A stretch of 64,000 bases of DNA, taken from contig ML996692.1 in NCBI GenBank assembly GCA_010356995.1, positions 1,306,205-1,370,204 of the forward strand, read 5' to 3'. The translations under genes and the position numbers were made by a program. The notes beneath the pieces were generated by a model. It saw only the letters and a list, made by a program, of their open reading frames with translations. It had not been told where the DNA came from and did no database searches. This DNA is from Trichodelitschia bisporula. Lineage: Eukaryota. Below are positions 22,137 to 35,588 of the stretch, in pieces; position 1 is the stretch's first letter; every line of letters starts with the position of its first letter.

Positions 22137-25011
22137 ATGGTCAAGTAAGTTCGACTCCTTGGTCTACCCGCACGGCATATGAGTTTTTCGTGGTGGAAGG
22201 GGCCATCGTCGCCGCCATGGCAGACTCTTCGCTCACGTCTCATTACCCCGCTCTTGCTTGACGATATGCTGACGATACTTTCCACAGCTTCACGATTGAG
22301 GAGGTTCGTTCTCGAGACGCGACAGAGTCACAAACCGCGTATATACTAACGAGTATAGATCCGTGCGCTCATGGACCATGCCGCCAATGTCCGCAACATG
22401 TCGGTCATTGCGCATGGTAAGTTGGCATCGCTTCCCCTTCCGGAAGAAAAACTCGGCTGACCCATCGTCACAGTCGACCACGGCAAGTCCACCCTCACCG
22501 ACTCGCTCGTCCAGCGTGCCGGTATCATTTCGGCGGCCAGGGCTGGTGAAGCTCGGTTTACGGATACTCGGGCCGATGAACAGGAGCGTGGTGTGACTAT
22601 CAAGTCGACCGCCATCTCGCTGTACGCTCAGCTCAACGACGAGGAGGACCTCAAGGACGTCCCCGTAAAGGTTGACAAGAACGACTTCTTGATCAACTTG
22701 ATCGACTCGCCCGGTCACGTTGACTTCTCATCTGAGGTCACGGCTGCGCTGCGTGTCACTGACGGTGCGCTCGTTGTCGTCGACACCGTCGAGGGTGTGT
22801 GCGTGCAGACCGAGACTGTGCTGCGTCAAGCTCTTGGTGAGCGTATCAAGCCCGTTGTCATCATCAACAAGGTCGACCGTGCGCTGCTTGAGCTGCAGCT
22901 GTCCAAGGAAGATCTGTACCAGAACTTCTCGCGTGTCATCGAGTCCGTCAACGTGGTGATTGCCACCTACTTCGACAAGACTCTCGGTGATGTCCAGGTT
23001 TACCCCGACAAGGGTACCGTTGCCTTCGGCTCCGGTCTTCACGGCTGGGCTTTCACTGTTCGCCAGTTCGCCACGCGTTACAGCAAGAAGTTTGGGGTGG
23101 ACAAAAATAAGATGATGGCCCGCCTCTGGGTAAGTTTTGTTATGCCTCGCTGTCATCCAGAGCTAACCGTCCCAGGGCGATAACTGGTTCTCTCCCAAGA
23201 CCAAGAAGTGGACCAAGACGGCGCCTGCTGATGGCAGCGAGCGTTCGTTCAATCAGTTCATCCTGGACCCGATCTTCAAGATCTTCCACGCTGTGATGAA
23301 CTTTAAGAAGGATGAGATCCCGGTTCTTCTGGAGAAGCTCGACATCAAGCTCACGAGCGACGAGAAGGACCTCGAGGGCAAGATGCTGCTCAAGGTCGTC
23401 ATGCGCAAGTTCCTGCCGGCCGCTGACGCCCTGCTTGAGATGATGATTCTGCATCTGCCGTCGCCCATTACCGCTCAGCGGTACCGCATGGAGACGCTGT
23501 ACGAGGGTCCCCACGACGACGAGGCGGCCATTGCCATCCGCGATTGCGATCCCAAGGGCCCGCTCATGCTGTACATCTCCAAGATGGTGCCGACCTCCGA
23601 CAAGGGCCGCTTCTACGCCTTTGGTCGTGTCTTCGCTGGTACCGTCCGCTCGGGCCTGAAGGTCCGCATCCAGGGCCCGCACTACACGCCCGGCAAGAAG
23701 GATGACCTGTTCATCAAGGCCGTCCAGCGCACCATTCTCATGATGGGTCGCTTCATCGAGCCCATTGAGGATGTGCCCGCCGGCAACATTTGCGGTCTCG
23801 TCGGTATCGATCAGTTCCTGCTCAAGTCGGGTACCCTGACCACGAGCGAGACGGCCCACAACCTGAAGGTTATGAAGTTCTCCGTCTCGCCCGTCGTGCA
23901 GCGCTCGGTTGAGGTCAAGAACGCCAACGACCTGCCCAAGCTTGTCGAAGGTCTGAAGCGTCTGTCCAAGTCCGACCCGTGCGTCCTGACGTACATCAAC
24001 GAGTCTGGTGACCACATTGTCGCCGGTGCTGGTGAGCTGCATCTCGAGATCTGTCTTAAGGATCTCGAGGAGGACCACGCTTGCGTGCCGCTCAAGATCA
24101 GCGACCCCGTCGTGTCTTACCGCGAGACGGTCGCTGCCAAGTCGAGCATGACTGCTCTGTCCAAGTCTCCCAATAAGCACAACCGTCTCTACATGGTGGC
24201 GGAGCCGCTTGACGAGGAGGTGTCCAAGGCCATCGAGGCCGGCAAGATTAGCCATCGTGACGACTTGAAGCTGCGCGCTCGCGTCCTGGCGGACGAGTAC
24301 GGCTGGGACGTTACCGACGCCCGCAAGATTTGGTGCTTCGGCCCCGACACGAGCGGTGCCAACTTGCTCGTCGACCAGACCAAGGCTGTGCAATACCTCA
24401 GCGAAATCAAGGACTCGGTCGTGTCCGGTTTCCAGTGGGCAACTCGCGAGGGCCCGGTCGCCGAGGAGCCGATGCGCTCCGTGCGCTGGAACATCATGGA
24501 CGTGACGCTGCACGCTGATGCCATCCATCGTGGTGGTGGTCAGCTCATCCCGACGGCCCGTCGCGTGCTCTACGCCGCTGCGCTGCTTGCCGAGCCTAGC
24601 ATCCTGGAGCCCGTCTACCTTGTCGAGATCCAGGTGCCGGAGCAGGCCATGGGTGGTATCTACGGTGTGCTTACCCGCCGCCGTGGCCACGTCTTCGAGG
24701 AGGCCCAGCGCCCGGGCACCCCGCTCTACAACATCAAGGCCTACCTGCCGGTCAACGAGTCGTTCGGCTTCGTGGCCGATCTGCGCCAGGGCACTGGCGG
24801 GCAGGCGTTCCCTCAGTCCGTCTTCGACCACTGGCAGCATCTGCCGGGCTCGCTCGCGGACAAGGCGTCCAAGGTGAGCGCGATTGTGAACACTATGCGT
24901 GTGCGGAAGGGCCTGAAGCCGGATGTGCCGGAATACACCAACGTAAGTTTTGAGGAGTGGCTGCCCGAAGGGTGGGTGACTAATGATGGGTAGTACTACG
25001 ACAAGCTCTAG
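22137..25011 (+). CDS. EFT2: Translation elongation factor 2
   Basis: 'MVNFTIEEIR...[18 protein letters not shown]', 'RGVTIKS', '[14 protein letters not shown]', diphthamide loop '[11 protein letters not shown]', ends 'YYDKL*'. Five introns, with micro-exons of 8 and 16 nt at the 5' end. Confidence 0.98.
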
Positions 25012-26109
25012 ATGATGTGTGCCGGAGACTTAAGATAAAATGGCGGATGGTTTCGCATACTCGGCATCGCTTGGCCTCTTTTTTCGTCGTCGTCTTTGCG
25101 GATATTCTTTCGACGGTTTGCGCGCGGACCCGTGGGGACGATGCGGGTGAGGGCAGGAGGTTTTGACCACGGCGATGGTGTGTCGTGGGGAGGGGGCTTC
25201 GGGGGTTAGTTTAGTCTTTTTATGGCTAGGTTGGCTCTGGGGCTTCTTTCTCGTGGTGGCTGTTGCCGGGGGATGAGAGAATGAAGACGTTTCCTCCTAT
25301 TACTGCGTGTATCTGCATTGTGATGTTCGGGCTTGAGTGACTATTGTTTCTAACTAGACGTAAGAGCCCGGAGTACTCTGGTAGAGCCTAAGCTCGATTC
25401 TTAAGTTCGGCCACTGTCAGAAGTGCTTCTTGATGGAGTCGTTGATATCTCGTAGCCCCGAGACACTGTATGACGGTTATGTTATGAAAGCTTCGCAGTA
25501 TCGAGCCCGCGGCATCGTCCGCGCAGAAGGACGTTTGGGTGCCGGAAAATAGCGATATGCTCCCAACGCGTTATCCTCCCGGTTGCATGCTACATGCACT
25601 ACGGAGATGAAATGGACGCGCTTCACGCAGTATGTTCAAATCACCAATATCCCATCAAAGGAGCCGAAGGAAGTCGGCGTGAATAACCGGTGAGAGAAAG
25701 GGGGAAGGGGAAGATGGCGGCCAGCCTTGCACGCTGACACCAGCGGGCTACAGCGAAGTAGTTATGACGGCCGGCTCAGAAAGTCATGGCTACGGAATGT
25801 ACGCTTTACGCATTCTTTCGCTGCGGAAGCGGGCGAGGATTATCAGGAACGGGGCAGTGACTTTTCGACCCAGCCCTTGCACAAAGCCACACGCGCCATG
25901 CCCGCCACCCGGTCCCGCCAAGCCCGCCTCACCCCTGCATTGACCTCATCGGCCGCTGTCGCCTCAACATCAAAGGATCCAAGCCTAACTGTCCTCATCC
26001 ACATCGAACATCCTCAACCTCACCTTCAATCTCACAAAAACACCCATCTTACCCTCTCGACCACGTGCATGGCAACCCCACTCGCGCTCTCCCTCAAAAA
26101 CTCTTAGTA

Positions 26110-28433
26110 ATGCCCCCCCACCGCCCCCCTACCTCCGGCTACGCGCGCCTCGCCCAAACGGCGGAGGACGAGTACGATTCTGAAGACGATGCGCAAGCGG
26201 GTCGGCCGCCGCTGCCACAGGAGAGCAGATATGAGCCTATACAGCCGAGTTCGAGGCACGAGCGCATGCCCTCCGGCCATAACATACCTTCCGGCCACAG
26301 CTCGCCGCGTCGCCACCAGGCCGCCCCCGGTTCATCGCGAAACCGCGCCGACCCGTTCTCCCGCCGCCACCGCAGCAACTCCGGCGTCGACATCAAGGCC
26401 ATAAACGCGCGTCTGGAGCGGTGGGCCGATGAAATCGCCGCCAAGTTTCGCGGGAGAGGAAGGAGGCGCGCAGCCGACTCCGAACAGCCCGAGATTCAGC
26501 ACTCTGTTTTCCAAGCGCCGGACTGGATACGCCCCGCCACGGAGGACATGCTGGGTGAGGATAAAGATGAGGGGAGGATGAGTAGGGCGGAGTTCGAGGA
26601 GACGGTGGGGAGCGTGCGGAGGGCGATTGAGCGGGGCACGCATCCGACGCTGATTAGCCAGGGGAGTAGTGGGAGTTATTTCGCGAGGGACACGAGTGGG
26701 AAGATTGTCGGGGTGTTCAAGCCGAAGGATGAGGAGCCGTATGCGTCGAGGAATCCGAAGTGGACGAAGTGGATTCATCGGAATTTGTTTCCGTTTGGGT
26801 TTGGAAGGGCTTGTCTTATTCCGAATCTGAGCTATGTCTCGGAGGCGGCGGCGTATGTGCTCGATGTTCAGCTGCGCACGAATATTGTCCCCTACACCGA
26901 TGTTGTGGCGCTGAGTTCGAAGAGCTTCTTTTACGATTTTTGGGATCGGAGGGCGTATTATCGGAAGAAGAAGCCGTTGCCAGAGAAGCAGGGCAGTTTT
27001 CAGGTCTTCCTCAAGGGGTACAAGGATGCGACGCTCTTCCTCAAGGAGCATCCTTGGCCCGACCAGCACAACTCGCGGCTTCAAACCGGTGGCGCAAGGA
27101 AAAAGCGGAGATGGACCGATGATTGCCGGCCCAGTGGATCACGGTCTGACAACTCCGACGACGAGGCCGGGACGCCGAACCCAGAGGAGTCGGATAGGCG
27201 CCGCGTGTTCTGGACCGATGCGCTGCAGCTCAGTTTCCGCGAGCAGCTCGAGAAACTCGTTATCCTGGACTACATCATGCGCAACACGGACCGCGGGTTG
27301 GATAACTGGATGATACGTATCGATCAAGCGGCGCAGACGGCGAGTGTGGTTGCTGAACCGCCAAATATGAATGGGGGAGAGGGGAATGGGAATGGGAATG
27401 GTGTGCATGACGAGCCGTATAAGCGCCAGGAACCGATGATGGCGACGAGTCGCTCCGCGACCCCGGCGGAGGCACCAAGGGCGACGGTGCGCATTGGCGC
27501 GATTGATAATAGTCTGTCCTGGCCGTGGAAGCACCCGGACGCCGTAAGCCCCCCCCCATTACCACCAAAACCAACTAACCCCCGCAGTGGCGCTCCTACC
27601 CCTTCGGCTGGCTCTTCCTCCCCGTCTCCCTTATCGGCCAGCCTTTCACCCCCGCAACCCGCGCGCACTTCCTCCCCCTCCTAACCAGCAAAAAATGGTG
27701 GTCCGACACGCAACTCGAGCTCCGCAAATGCTTCTCTCAAGACGCAGACTTCCAAGAAGGAATGTTCGCGCGCCAGATCGCGGTCATGAAGGGGCAGGCG
27801 TGGAATGTGGTCGAGGCGCTGAAGACGGAGGGACATGGGCCGCTTGAGTTGGCGAGGAGGGCGAGGGTGTGTGTGTGGGATGATTTGGTAGACGTGCCGG
27901 TTGTGGTCCCGATGCGGGCGCCGAGTCCGGGAAGGAGGAGGAGGGAGAGGCCGGTTGTTGAGACAGAGGAGGGGGATATTAGTAATGCGCTGGGCAAGCC
28001 GTCGACGGGGGGGGAGGTGTTTGAAGGGGCTAACGCGGTGGAGCGGGGCGAGGCGAATATTTTCAATACGAGTCGGCAGCCGAGCGCAACGGATCTCCAT
28101 GGAGGAGGCGGCCGGGACAGCGGTGACCAGCCTCTGAGTCCGGATTCGCTCCTGGCTATGCATGAGCGGGCTCGGCCTGGGTACTTCGCGCCCCGACATG
28201 GGCAGGGCCACAAGGCGCGGATGAGCTTCGATGAGCATACGCGGCGGGGACATAGGCCTGGGGTTAGGGGGCATGTTAGGCGGTTGAGTTTGGGCGCGGA
28301 GGCGGGGTGGGAGGATGATGAGGGGGATTTGGGGTATGCGGCTGCGGTGGATGGGGAGGGGTTAAGGAAGAGGGTTATTGTTGAGAGGCTGGAGACGGTG
28401 AAGGGGAGGGGGCCGGTGTTTACTTGGTGTTGA
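26110..28433 (+). CDS. LSB6: Type II phosphatidylinositol 4-kinase
   Basis: 'ISQGSSGSYF', 'VFKPKDEEPY', 'GRACLIPNLSYVSEAAA', 'DYIMRNTDRGLDNW', 'AIDNSL', ends 'FTWC'. Intron 27544-27587. Confidence 0.95.
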
Positions 28434-28835
28434 GCTTGCTCTAGCTTTCGGGTCCCTGACTTGCGAGTGCCTGACTTGCGGGTACGGTGTTATTGGCATA
28501 GCGCGGGTGCGTTTTTGGGTAGATTTGCATGGGCCTTCGCTTGCTTGAGATGCGTGAGCGTTGACTGAGCGGGGAAAAATTGTACGACGTGGGTTACACT
28601 TGCGGGCTGGTGGCATACCGTGACAGGTAGTGAAGCATTGAAAGGGGAACAATCCATCATTGTTGGAGCACTTCTTCGTTCTTCTTCGAGATCCCTCGGC
28701 CTGAACACGGGTGGCTACCGGCCCCGCTAGGCAAAATGCCATTGAGACGACAACCTTTCAATTGCCCAACACCGCACTGAACTCCCATTGCTACAATGCA
28801 GATACACACACCATCTCCCCCCTTAAACCGGTACA

Positions 28836-31800
28836 CTACATTGCCTCACGAGCGTACGCCCCCCAATCCGTCTCCTCCCCCTCACCCCATCCCCTCCACC
28901 CCCCAAGCCCAGCCAAATGCCTCATCGTCGGCCTCCCATGCGGACAATTCCACGGCTTATCCATCCCGCCAAGCTGCCTTACCACCCTACCCATCTTTTT
29001 CACATCTAAATCCGTCCCCACCATCACACTAGACCTACACGCACGACTCGCTAGAATCTTCCTCACCTTCCCCGGCCTCGGGACCGCGCCTCCCCCACCC
29101 TCACTTAACAGCGCAAGCAATTCTTCCAAATCCTCGGGAGCGAAGATTATTTCCTTACTCATCGGCAACGCCGTGAGCATGGCTGTTTGCTCACCGTTTT
29201 CGGAGGTAGTAACCTCAACCGCGAACCCGTTCTTAGCCAGCGCGGCATTGTTGTTCGCCAGTGTTTCGACGTCGGCCGCTGAGAGAGAGAGCGGGAGGGG
29301 ACGGACTAGGCGCTGCGGGTGCAGGGCTGTGGACGCGGCGAGCCGCTCGAAGTTATACTTCTCGTCTGCGGCGTGTTGGTCGATTATGAAGGTCTCATCC
29401 GTCCCGGCAGCCGGAGTCTCGTCCGAGGGAGACGAGCCAGGCCCACCCCCCGGCCGCACAGCGATGATAAACCCCTTATTAAACTGCCCCACAACCCTCA
29501 TGCGCGCGAAATCCACCTTGCGCACCGTCAGACTCAGCCTCTCTTCCGCGCTCACCCCGTCGACTTCGCCCGTGTCCTCCAGGTCCATGGCTGCGTACGG
29601 CGAGAGTGCGGTGCGGAGGAGGGTGGTGCTGGCGGCGATGGTGGAGGGGGAGGTTGAGAGTGTGGTGGTGAGGTGCAGGGTGGAGTATTTTTTGGATTTG
29701 GTGCGCAGGAGGCGGGTTGCCCGCGACAGGGCGTCTGCCTCGGCCTTTTCGGTCTGGCCTTTGGTGGGTTCGGCGGTGGATGTGGGGTCGGTGGGCATGG
29801 GGTCGGGGGAAGCGGGGCGGGATGCTGGAGGTTCGTCTTCGGGCTCGGCGGAGGCGGGTCGGGATGCCGGGCCTTCGTCGGGTTCGGCCGATGCCGGGGC
29901 AGCTCCGGGTTCCGGTGCTTCGTCGCCTGAGCCTTCGGCCGGTTCGATCCACCGCGGCTCATACGCCGTAGGCGCCGGTGCCTCCTCCTCATCCTCACCG
30001 TCACTTATATCCTCCACTTCCTCCTCCTCCTCTTCATCCCCTTCCTCTTCCCTTTCTTCAGCCGCCGCCGTCCCCGGCGCAGCAAACCTTCTCAGCCGCC
30101 CCAGCAGCGGAGTACTCACCACATTCCGCTCCTCCTGCACGCGGCGCCTCTTCCCTGCGGTGCCCGTCCCTACCGCCGCCACCGTCGTCCGCTCCCCTAT
30201 CGTAATAGTCGCGAGTTCAGCCGGTGCGCGGCGGGGACGCATATGTGCCAACGCAGACTGCAGCGCGGAGGAGGGAGGAGGGCGCGAAGACGAGATAGCA
30301 GGAATAGACTCGTCGGGGTCAGGAGAAGGAGACTTGCCGTGGGAGATGCGGGCGAAGGCGGAGGTTATGGTGGGTTGTTTGGAGACGGATACGGGGGTGT
30401 TGGAGCTGAAGCCGTCGTTGTAGGGCCGCGTGAAGACCCGGGAGCGGGGCGGGCCGTAGGAGAGGATGCGTCGGGGGGAGGCTGGGTTTGAAGAAGGTTC
30501 GGCGGAGGGGGTGGAGGTGGTAGGTCGGGAGCGCGTGGGCATGGGCGGCGAGTTTGGTGCTATGGATGAGCTGTCGTCCGCCGTCTCGACCAGCTTGCGC
30601 GCGGACACGAAACTCGGTCCCGGGGTCGCAGTCCGGCGCGCCATGGCCGGCATAGCCGCGGGGACGGACTGCTCATGCGCCGCGAACATGGCATGCAGAC
30701 TCTCCTTAAGCGTATCAAGCAGAGCAGCCTGGTCATGCAGCAGGATAGTCCGCTTGTCAGGCGAGACATTGACGTCGTACGCGTTCGTATCCATGACCAG
30801 GTTGGCAAAGATGAAGGGCGATTGGGTAATGTTGTAGGACTTGTAGACCTCGTTAATGGCTTTGCTGACCTGCGGGAGGGCGCAGGGGCGCGCGTTGACG
30901 AAGAACATTTGTCGATCCGGGGTTTGCCGGCCTTCGCCTACGACGGGGCGGGAGATGTGCCCCCTGAGGTGCACGGTGTGCGGGGAGTCATGGCCCGGCT
31001 CGGTGGGTACCATTTCGAGTGAAAGGTCGAGGGGAATGAGCGCGGTGAGGGTTTTGGCGCCGTAGACGTTGGCGATGTTTTCTCGTGTCGTTGGGTTGGC
31101 GTTCGTGGCGAAGGCGACAACCTTCTTGCTTCCCGGTTGTTAGCCAGCCGGTAGAAATATATGGGAAGACGAACCCTTTCTTCGGCTGGTTGCTAACCGC
31201 CACCTTAACCCCAGTACTAATACACGCATACGCCTGCAGCAGGGTCAACACCTTCCCATACTCCCTCTTCACATTGCGTTCCAGCTCCCGTCGCCGCACA
31301 GGCAGGTTTTTAAACAGATTCTCAACAACCACCGTGGTGCCCTTTTGACACGCTACTACGGAGGTTCCGCGCAGCTTGCCTGATATTTCGAAGTCTAGCC
31401 GAGTACCTTTGGCCCCGTCCGTGGCGCGCGCGGTGAGGATGTGGAAATCGGAGAGGGCGCAGAGGGAGGAGAGGGCTTCGCCTCTGAAGCCGAAGGTGGA
31501 CAGACTGGTTAGGTCGGCGTAGCTTGCTAGCTTGGAGGTGTAGTGTTTCAGTGCTGTGGGTGTTAGCCTTGTCCTCGAGTACGTCGTGTGCGTAACGTAC
31601 CAACAGTCTCGTAATCCGCGGGCGCGATGCCGGATCCGTTATCTTGTACTTCGATGGCGTCGATGCCATTGTTGCGGAAGCGGACTTCTGGTTTTTGTTA
31701 GGCTGGTTCGTTATGGGCCGGCGGGGAGGTGGGTGCGTACCGATAGACGAAGCACCGGCGTCGAGACTGTTCTCCACGAGTTCTTTGACGACGGAGCAGA

Positions 31801-31918
31801 GGTCGACGATGACTTGGCCGGATTGGATTTGGTGGACCTAGGAGTGTGTGAGGAGAGTTCAGAGATTTTGAAGGAGGGGACAAACGGAGCGGCTTTCGAT
31901 GGCTTTGATGCTTGCCAT
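28836..31918 (-). CDS. PMS1: MutL-alpha endonuclease subunit (yeast Pms1 / human PMS2)
   Basis: 'VHQIQSGQVIVDLCSVVKELVENSLDAGA', 'FGFRGEALSSL', endonuclease motif 'DQHAADEKYNFE', 'ACRSSVMVG', 'CPHGRPT'. Four 5' introns. Confidence 0.96.
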
Positions 31919-32425
31919 TGCGGAGGTGGGGCTTGGGGCGGAGATGGAGGCGCGTCCGTGGGGGTGAGGTTGAAGGGACGGGCGGGACGGGTAAGGCGCG
32001 GGACGCGTGCCCACGACTACCGCGCCTGGGGGACGGCTGGGCGGTTGGCGGACTTCATCTTTCCGGTCTTGCTACAACTCTTCTACTGTCATTGTCGTGA
32101 CTACATCACATCTCTCCGTCAGGTCCTGCTCTGATACCGGAACTCTCTCAAGCAATAGCTGTCTCTTCTCGGGTAGCTCCTCTGCTCGTAGTCGGCCGGA
32201 TATCTCTCCGCATGCCATATTCCTTGACCACTCTCGAGTCCCCCGAGTAGTCGTCGCGCGATTATAATACCCTCTTCACTCGCTGCAAGATCTTCCATCG
32301 GCTGTCCTTGCTTGGTGTCGGCTGTAGAATGGCTTCTGCTAACACTAGAACTACAGGTCATCTCCCTCCCTGCTATCACCGCAAACCCGGTCCCGTGTGC
32401 TCGACGACATGGTCTCGATATCATG

Positions 32426-32482
32426 ACCAGGCCTTCTAAATGCATCACCAGGCATTCTAAATGCATCACCAGGCCTTCCAAA
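32426..32482. repeat. 21-nt tandem repeat, about 2.7 copies (ACCAGGCMTTCTAAATGCATC)
   Basis: Read directly. Confidence 0.9.
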
Positions 32483-33348
32483 GACAGCCAACGGACGTCG
32501 GAATTTCCTTCTCCCCGTCTCTCATGACCTCCCCGCCGCCAGGATCCACGGCTCTGCCATCACCATCCGCGTAGGCCAAGACGGGGCAATCCAATCTATC
32601 ACCCCCAGCATCTCCCCAGAGCCGATCTCTAAATTTCCGGCAGCCACGTTAACCTCCCTATGTGCCGTTCTCGGAACGCCTACCGGGCACCCACGTCGTG
32701 CCGTCATGACGGCACTTCTCCAAATTGCCCGGAATAACTTTTGGAGCGTGTGTGCCGCGGCCTGCCCCGCGAGTCCTCCACTCACGTCCGCATTCGGATG
32801 CTGGCCTGTACTCATTAGCACAGACCAATATCCACCTCGCTCATTCTCGGCTGCCAAACAACCTCCTGCCCAAGGATCCCGACAAGCCTCTCGTCCCACA
32901 TCCTTGCCCCGGAACGCCGGCTTGTATATCGGCGATCAAATCCCCGCTCACCGATCGCTGGATATGGGCCTCATCTCACCGTCCCCCGCCATTGGCCTGT
33001 GATGTGCGATAAGGCTCGGTCACCCCTACCCGAAAGGTACGACACTTCGCCGACAATCTTGGCCCTCACCACATCCATTTCTCCACTCCCTCCGCCGTTG
33101 GCCAACCTAAGTGCGCTCGCCAACGCCTGCCCACATCCACCCCGCACCCCTTCTAGCGCCCACGCCCCTCCTTGCGTATATTCCGTCTTACGCAGCAGCA
33201 CGCCACCACAGCCCACCGAGGCCGTAGCGCCTCCCGCGTATAAGGTAGCACCAGCCGAGCGGACACGGACGCCTCCGCATCCTTCATCCCCCGTCTGTCC
33301 TTTTTGCACCGCACACGCATTTCAGTCCCCTCCGCACCGCATCCCACG

Positions 33349-34160
33349 ATGCGCCCTCCCCTCCTCCTCCTCAGCCTCACGGCCACGGCCCTCGCCCTCG
33401 CCGTCCCAGACCCAATCCCCGCTCCCACCGCCGCACCCCTCACCCACATGTAAGCCCGCTCCGCCCCGCCCCATCCCACCCGACTAACACCTCCAGCCGT
33501 CGAACCGACAACAATCCAGAACTGCAACTCAACTTGCTAGCCCCCAACACACCCTCCGCCCAACTCGCCGCCGCACTCTCCCCCGCATCACCAGAAGCCC
33601 AAGGCCCCCCAAATGGCCAAGGCCAAAACCACCAACACCCCCCCGGAAAAGGCCCTCCGCCCGGCGGCTGGGGCAAGGGCCCGCCCCCCTGCGGCCCGCC
33701 TCCCGGATCGCCCGGCGGACCGCCGCCGGGTGGATGGCTCGTCATGGCGGCGGGCGCGTTGATGGGGAGGCCGCCGCCGAAGGGCCCGCCGCCGGGGTGT
33801 AAGGGCGGGCCGCCGCCGGGGGGTTGGAATGGAGGTGGGAGGCCCGGCGGGGGTGGGCCGCCGCCTGGGGGTTGGGGTGGGGGAGGACCGCCGCCTGGAG
33901 GTTGGGGTGGGGGAGGACCGCCGCCGGGAGGTTGGGGTGGGGGGGGCAATGGGCCGCCGCCGGAGTGGGCGCAGAATAGGCCGACGGCGACGAAGACAGT
34001 TTCGGTTACGGCGACGTTGGTGATTACGCAGAGTGCGCCTGTGCCGCCGCCGTATACGCCCGCGCCGGAGTATACGCAGGCACCGGCGCAGTATACGCCG
34101 AATGGGGAGGGGGGGTTTGTGACGGCGACACAGTGGGTTTGGGATGATACGTACGAGTAG
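33349..34160 (+). CDS. Secreted Pro/Gly-rich repeat protein
   Basis: Signal peptide MRPPLLLLSLTATALALA; intron 33450-33496 (GTAAGC...ACTAAC...CAG) joins it in frame to the 33534-34160 ORF; repeated GPPPGGW units; Thr-rich C-terminus. Confidence 0.8.
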
Positions 34161-34631
34161 GGGTGGGGGGGTATGTAAGATAGGTTAGAGGGTGGGGGTA
34201 TCAATATAGCGTTTTTTTGCTTGTGAGGTTCGGCTGTCGTGTGTGAGTGCTTTGGATTGGTAGATTGGGTGTAAGGCCGTGGGTTGGGGGATCGGCGTGA
34301 GTGTACAGTATGTGGCCCCTGGTTTGGGATGGGATGGCTACCCGGGTTTGAGATCGGGAATTCCGAGGACGACGCTTTGATATATTAGCATTCCGACCCA
34401 AACGCCAGCTAACATACCCTCAGGTTCGGTCTTCCCCCGCCCGAAAATCCATTCTGCAGGCGCCTCTGATATGCATGAGCCTGCAGGAACCTGCATACAT
34501 CCCAACACAAGCCTGGAACATGCCGTCGTAAAATGCGGTGGCACCTCCGGTCCTCTTTTCTTCAACCTCACTCTTCTCTTCCGACCTCACCGCTCTCTCT
34601 CACCACACGATCCACCTCCTCCTACCCAAAA

Positions 34632-35214
34632 ATGAAGCTCAATATCCCCACCCTCCTCCTCCTCGCCCTACCCACCGCCCTCAGCCAAGGGCTCAACATA
34701 ACTGCCATAGCCGCCGTAAACGGCGCCTCCGTGCTCCAATGCTGGCACCTCGCCGCCGCACCCGCCGACTTCGCCTCTGCAGTTAACTACCCCCTCGGCG
34801 CCGGAGCCTTCAGCGGCTCCTTTTTGGGCGTCATTGCACCGCGGACGGTGGTGGGGAAGGCATGGGCGCCGCATGTGCAGTACTTCCCCCAAATTCCCTT
34901 TCTTCATTCCAATCCTCGGGACTGAGGGCTTTGCTGATGATGAAAGATTTTCATTCGTGCTCTCCGGCCTCGTGCACATCAGCATCCCGGACTCGAAGCA
35001 GGAGGCCTGGATCCAGGGCGGACGGTATGGCGGGATTATAGCGGCGGATACGAAGGATGTGAGCTTGACGGGGCATATAACGGAGTTCCCGGGTGGGGAC
35101 GAGACGCTCATTGCGCAGTTCCCGATGGTTGGGAATGAGGTTCCGGCGCATGAGGTGTTGTATGATGGGGCGTGTGGGGTGGGGAAGTTGATCGGTGGGA
35201 AAGGGGGGGCGTGA
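34632..35214 (+). CDS. Small secreted protein, possibly cupin-like fold
   Basis: Signal peptide MKLNIPTLLLLALPTALS; 'LNITAIAAVNGASVLQCW'; intron 34880-34946; 'SGLVHISIP', 'IIAADT...GHIT', 'HEVLYDGAC'. Confidence 0.82.
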
Positions 35215-35588
35215 GTGTGCGGAAGGGGGCTTCAGGGTGATGGGTTGAGGCCCGATTTGATAGGTACACATTTGGGGGTTACCGATCGGTCGGTCGGCTG
35301 ATTATGTTCATGATGGAATGATTATTGAAGATTTCTGCGTTTAACCTTCCGTGTCGAGGCGGCTAATGAAGTAGTGTTCGCGATAGAGCTGCATCTGGCG
35401 ATTGCCGGCACGGTAATTCCCGGCGCTGGAAGGCAGCGGTGCCGATGCTACAGCACCGGAAAGGCGGACTTCACGTCCCTCTTCCAACACGCTTCCGCCG
35501 CTCAGCAGGCGCGACTCAATCTCGACCGAAGCCGCCGGCCCGAAGGAAGCAATACATTCTCGCAACGTTACTACATCCCCTACATCCC

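Noticed and set aside
23960..24130. eEF2 substitutions around the sordarin-binding region ([12 protein letters not shown]) as a self-resistance signal
   Set aside because: No biosynthetic cluster nearby, and it cannot be separated from ordinary divergence without an alignment.
23140..24840. 566-aa ORF antisense to eEF2, and similar long shadow ORFs at 28711-30423, 52772-54175 and 12987-14096
   Set aside because: Expected by-products of GC-biased codon usage opposite well-supported genes; no recognisable motifs.
32426..32482. Short direct repeats as a CRISPR-like array
   Set aside because: Head-to-tail with no spacers, in a eukaryote; simple slippage. The same applies to the duplications near 2973, 13030, 28455, 50085 and 50583.
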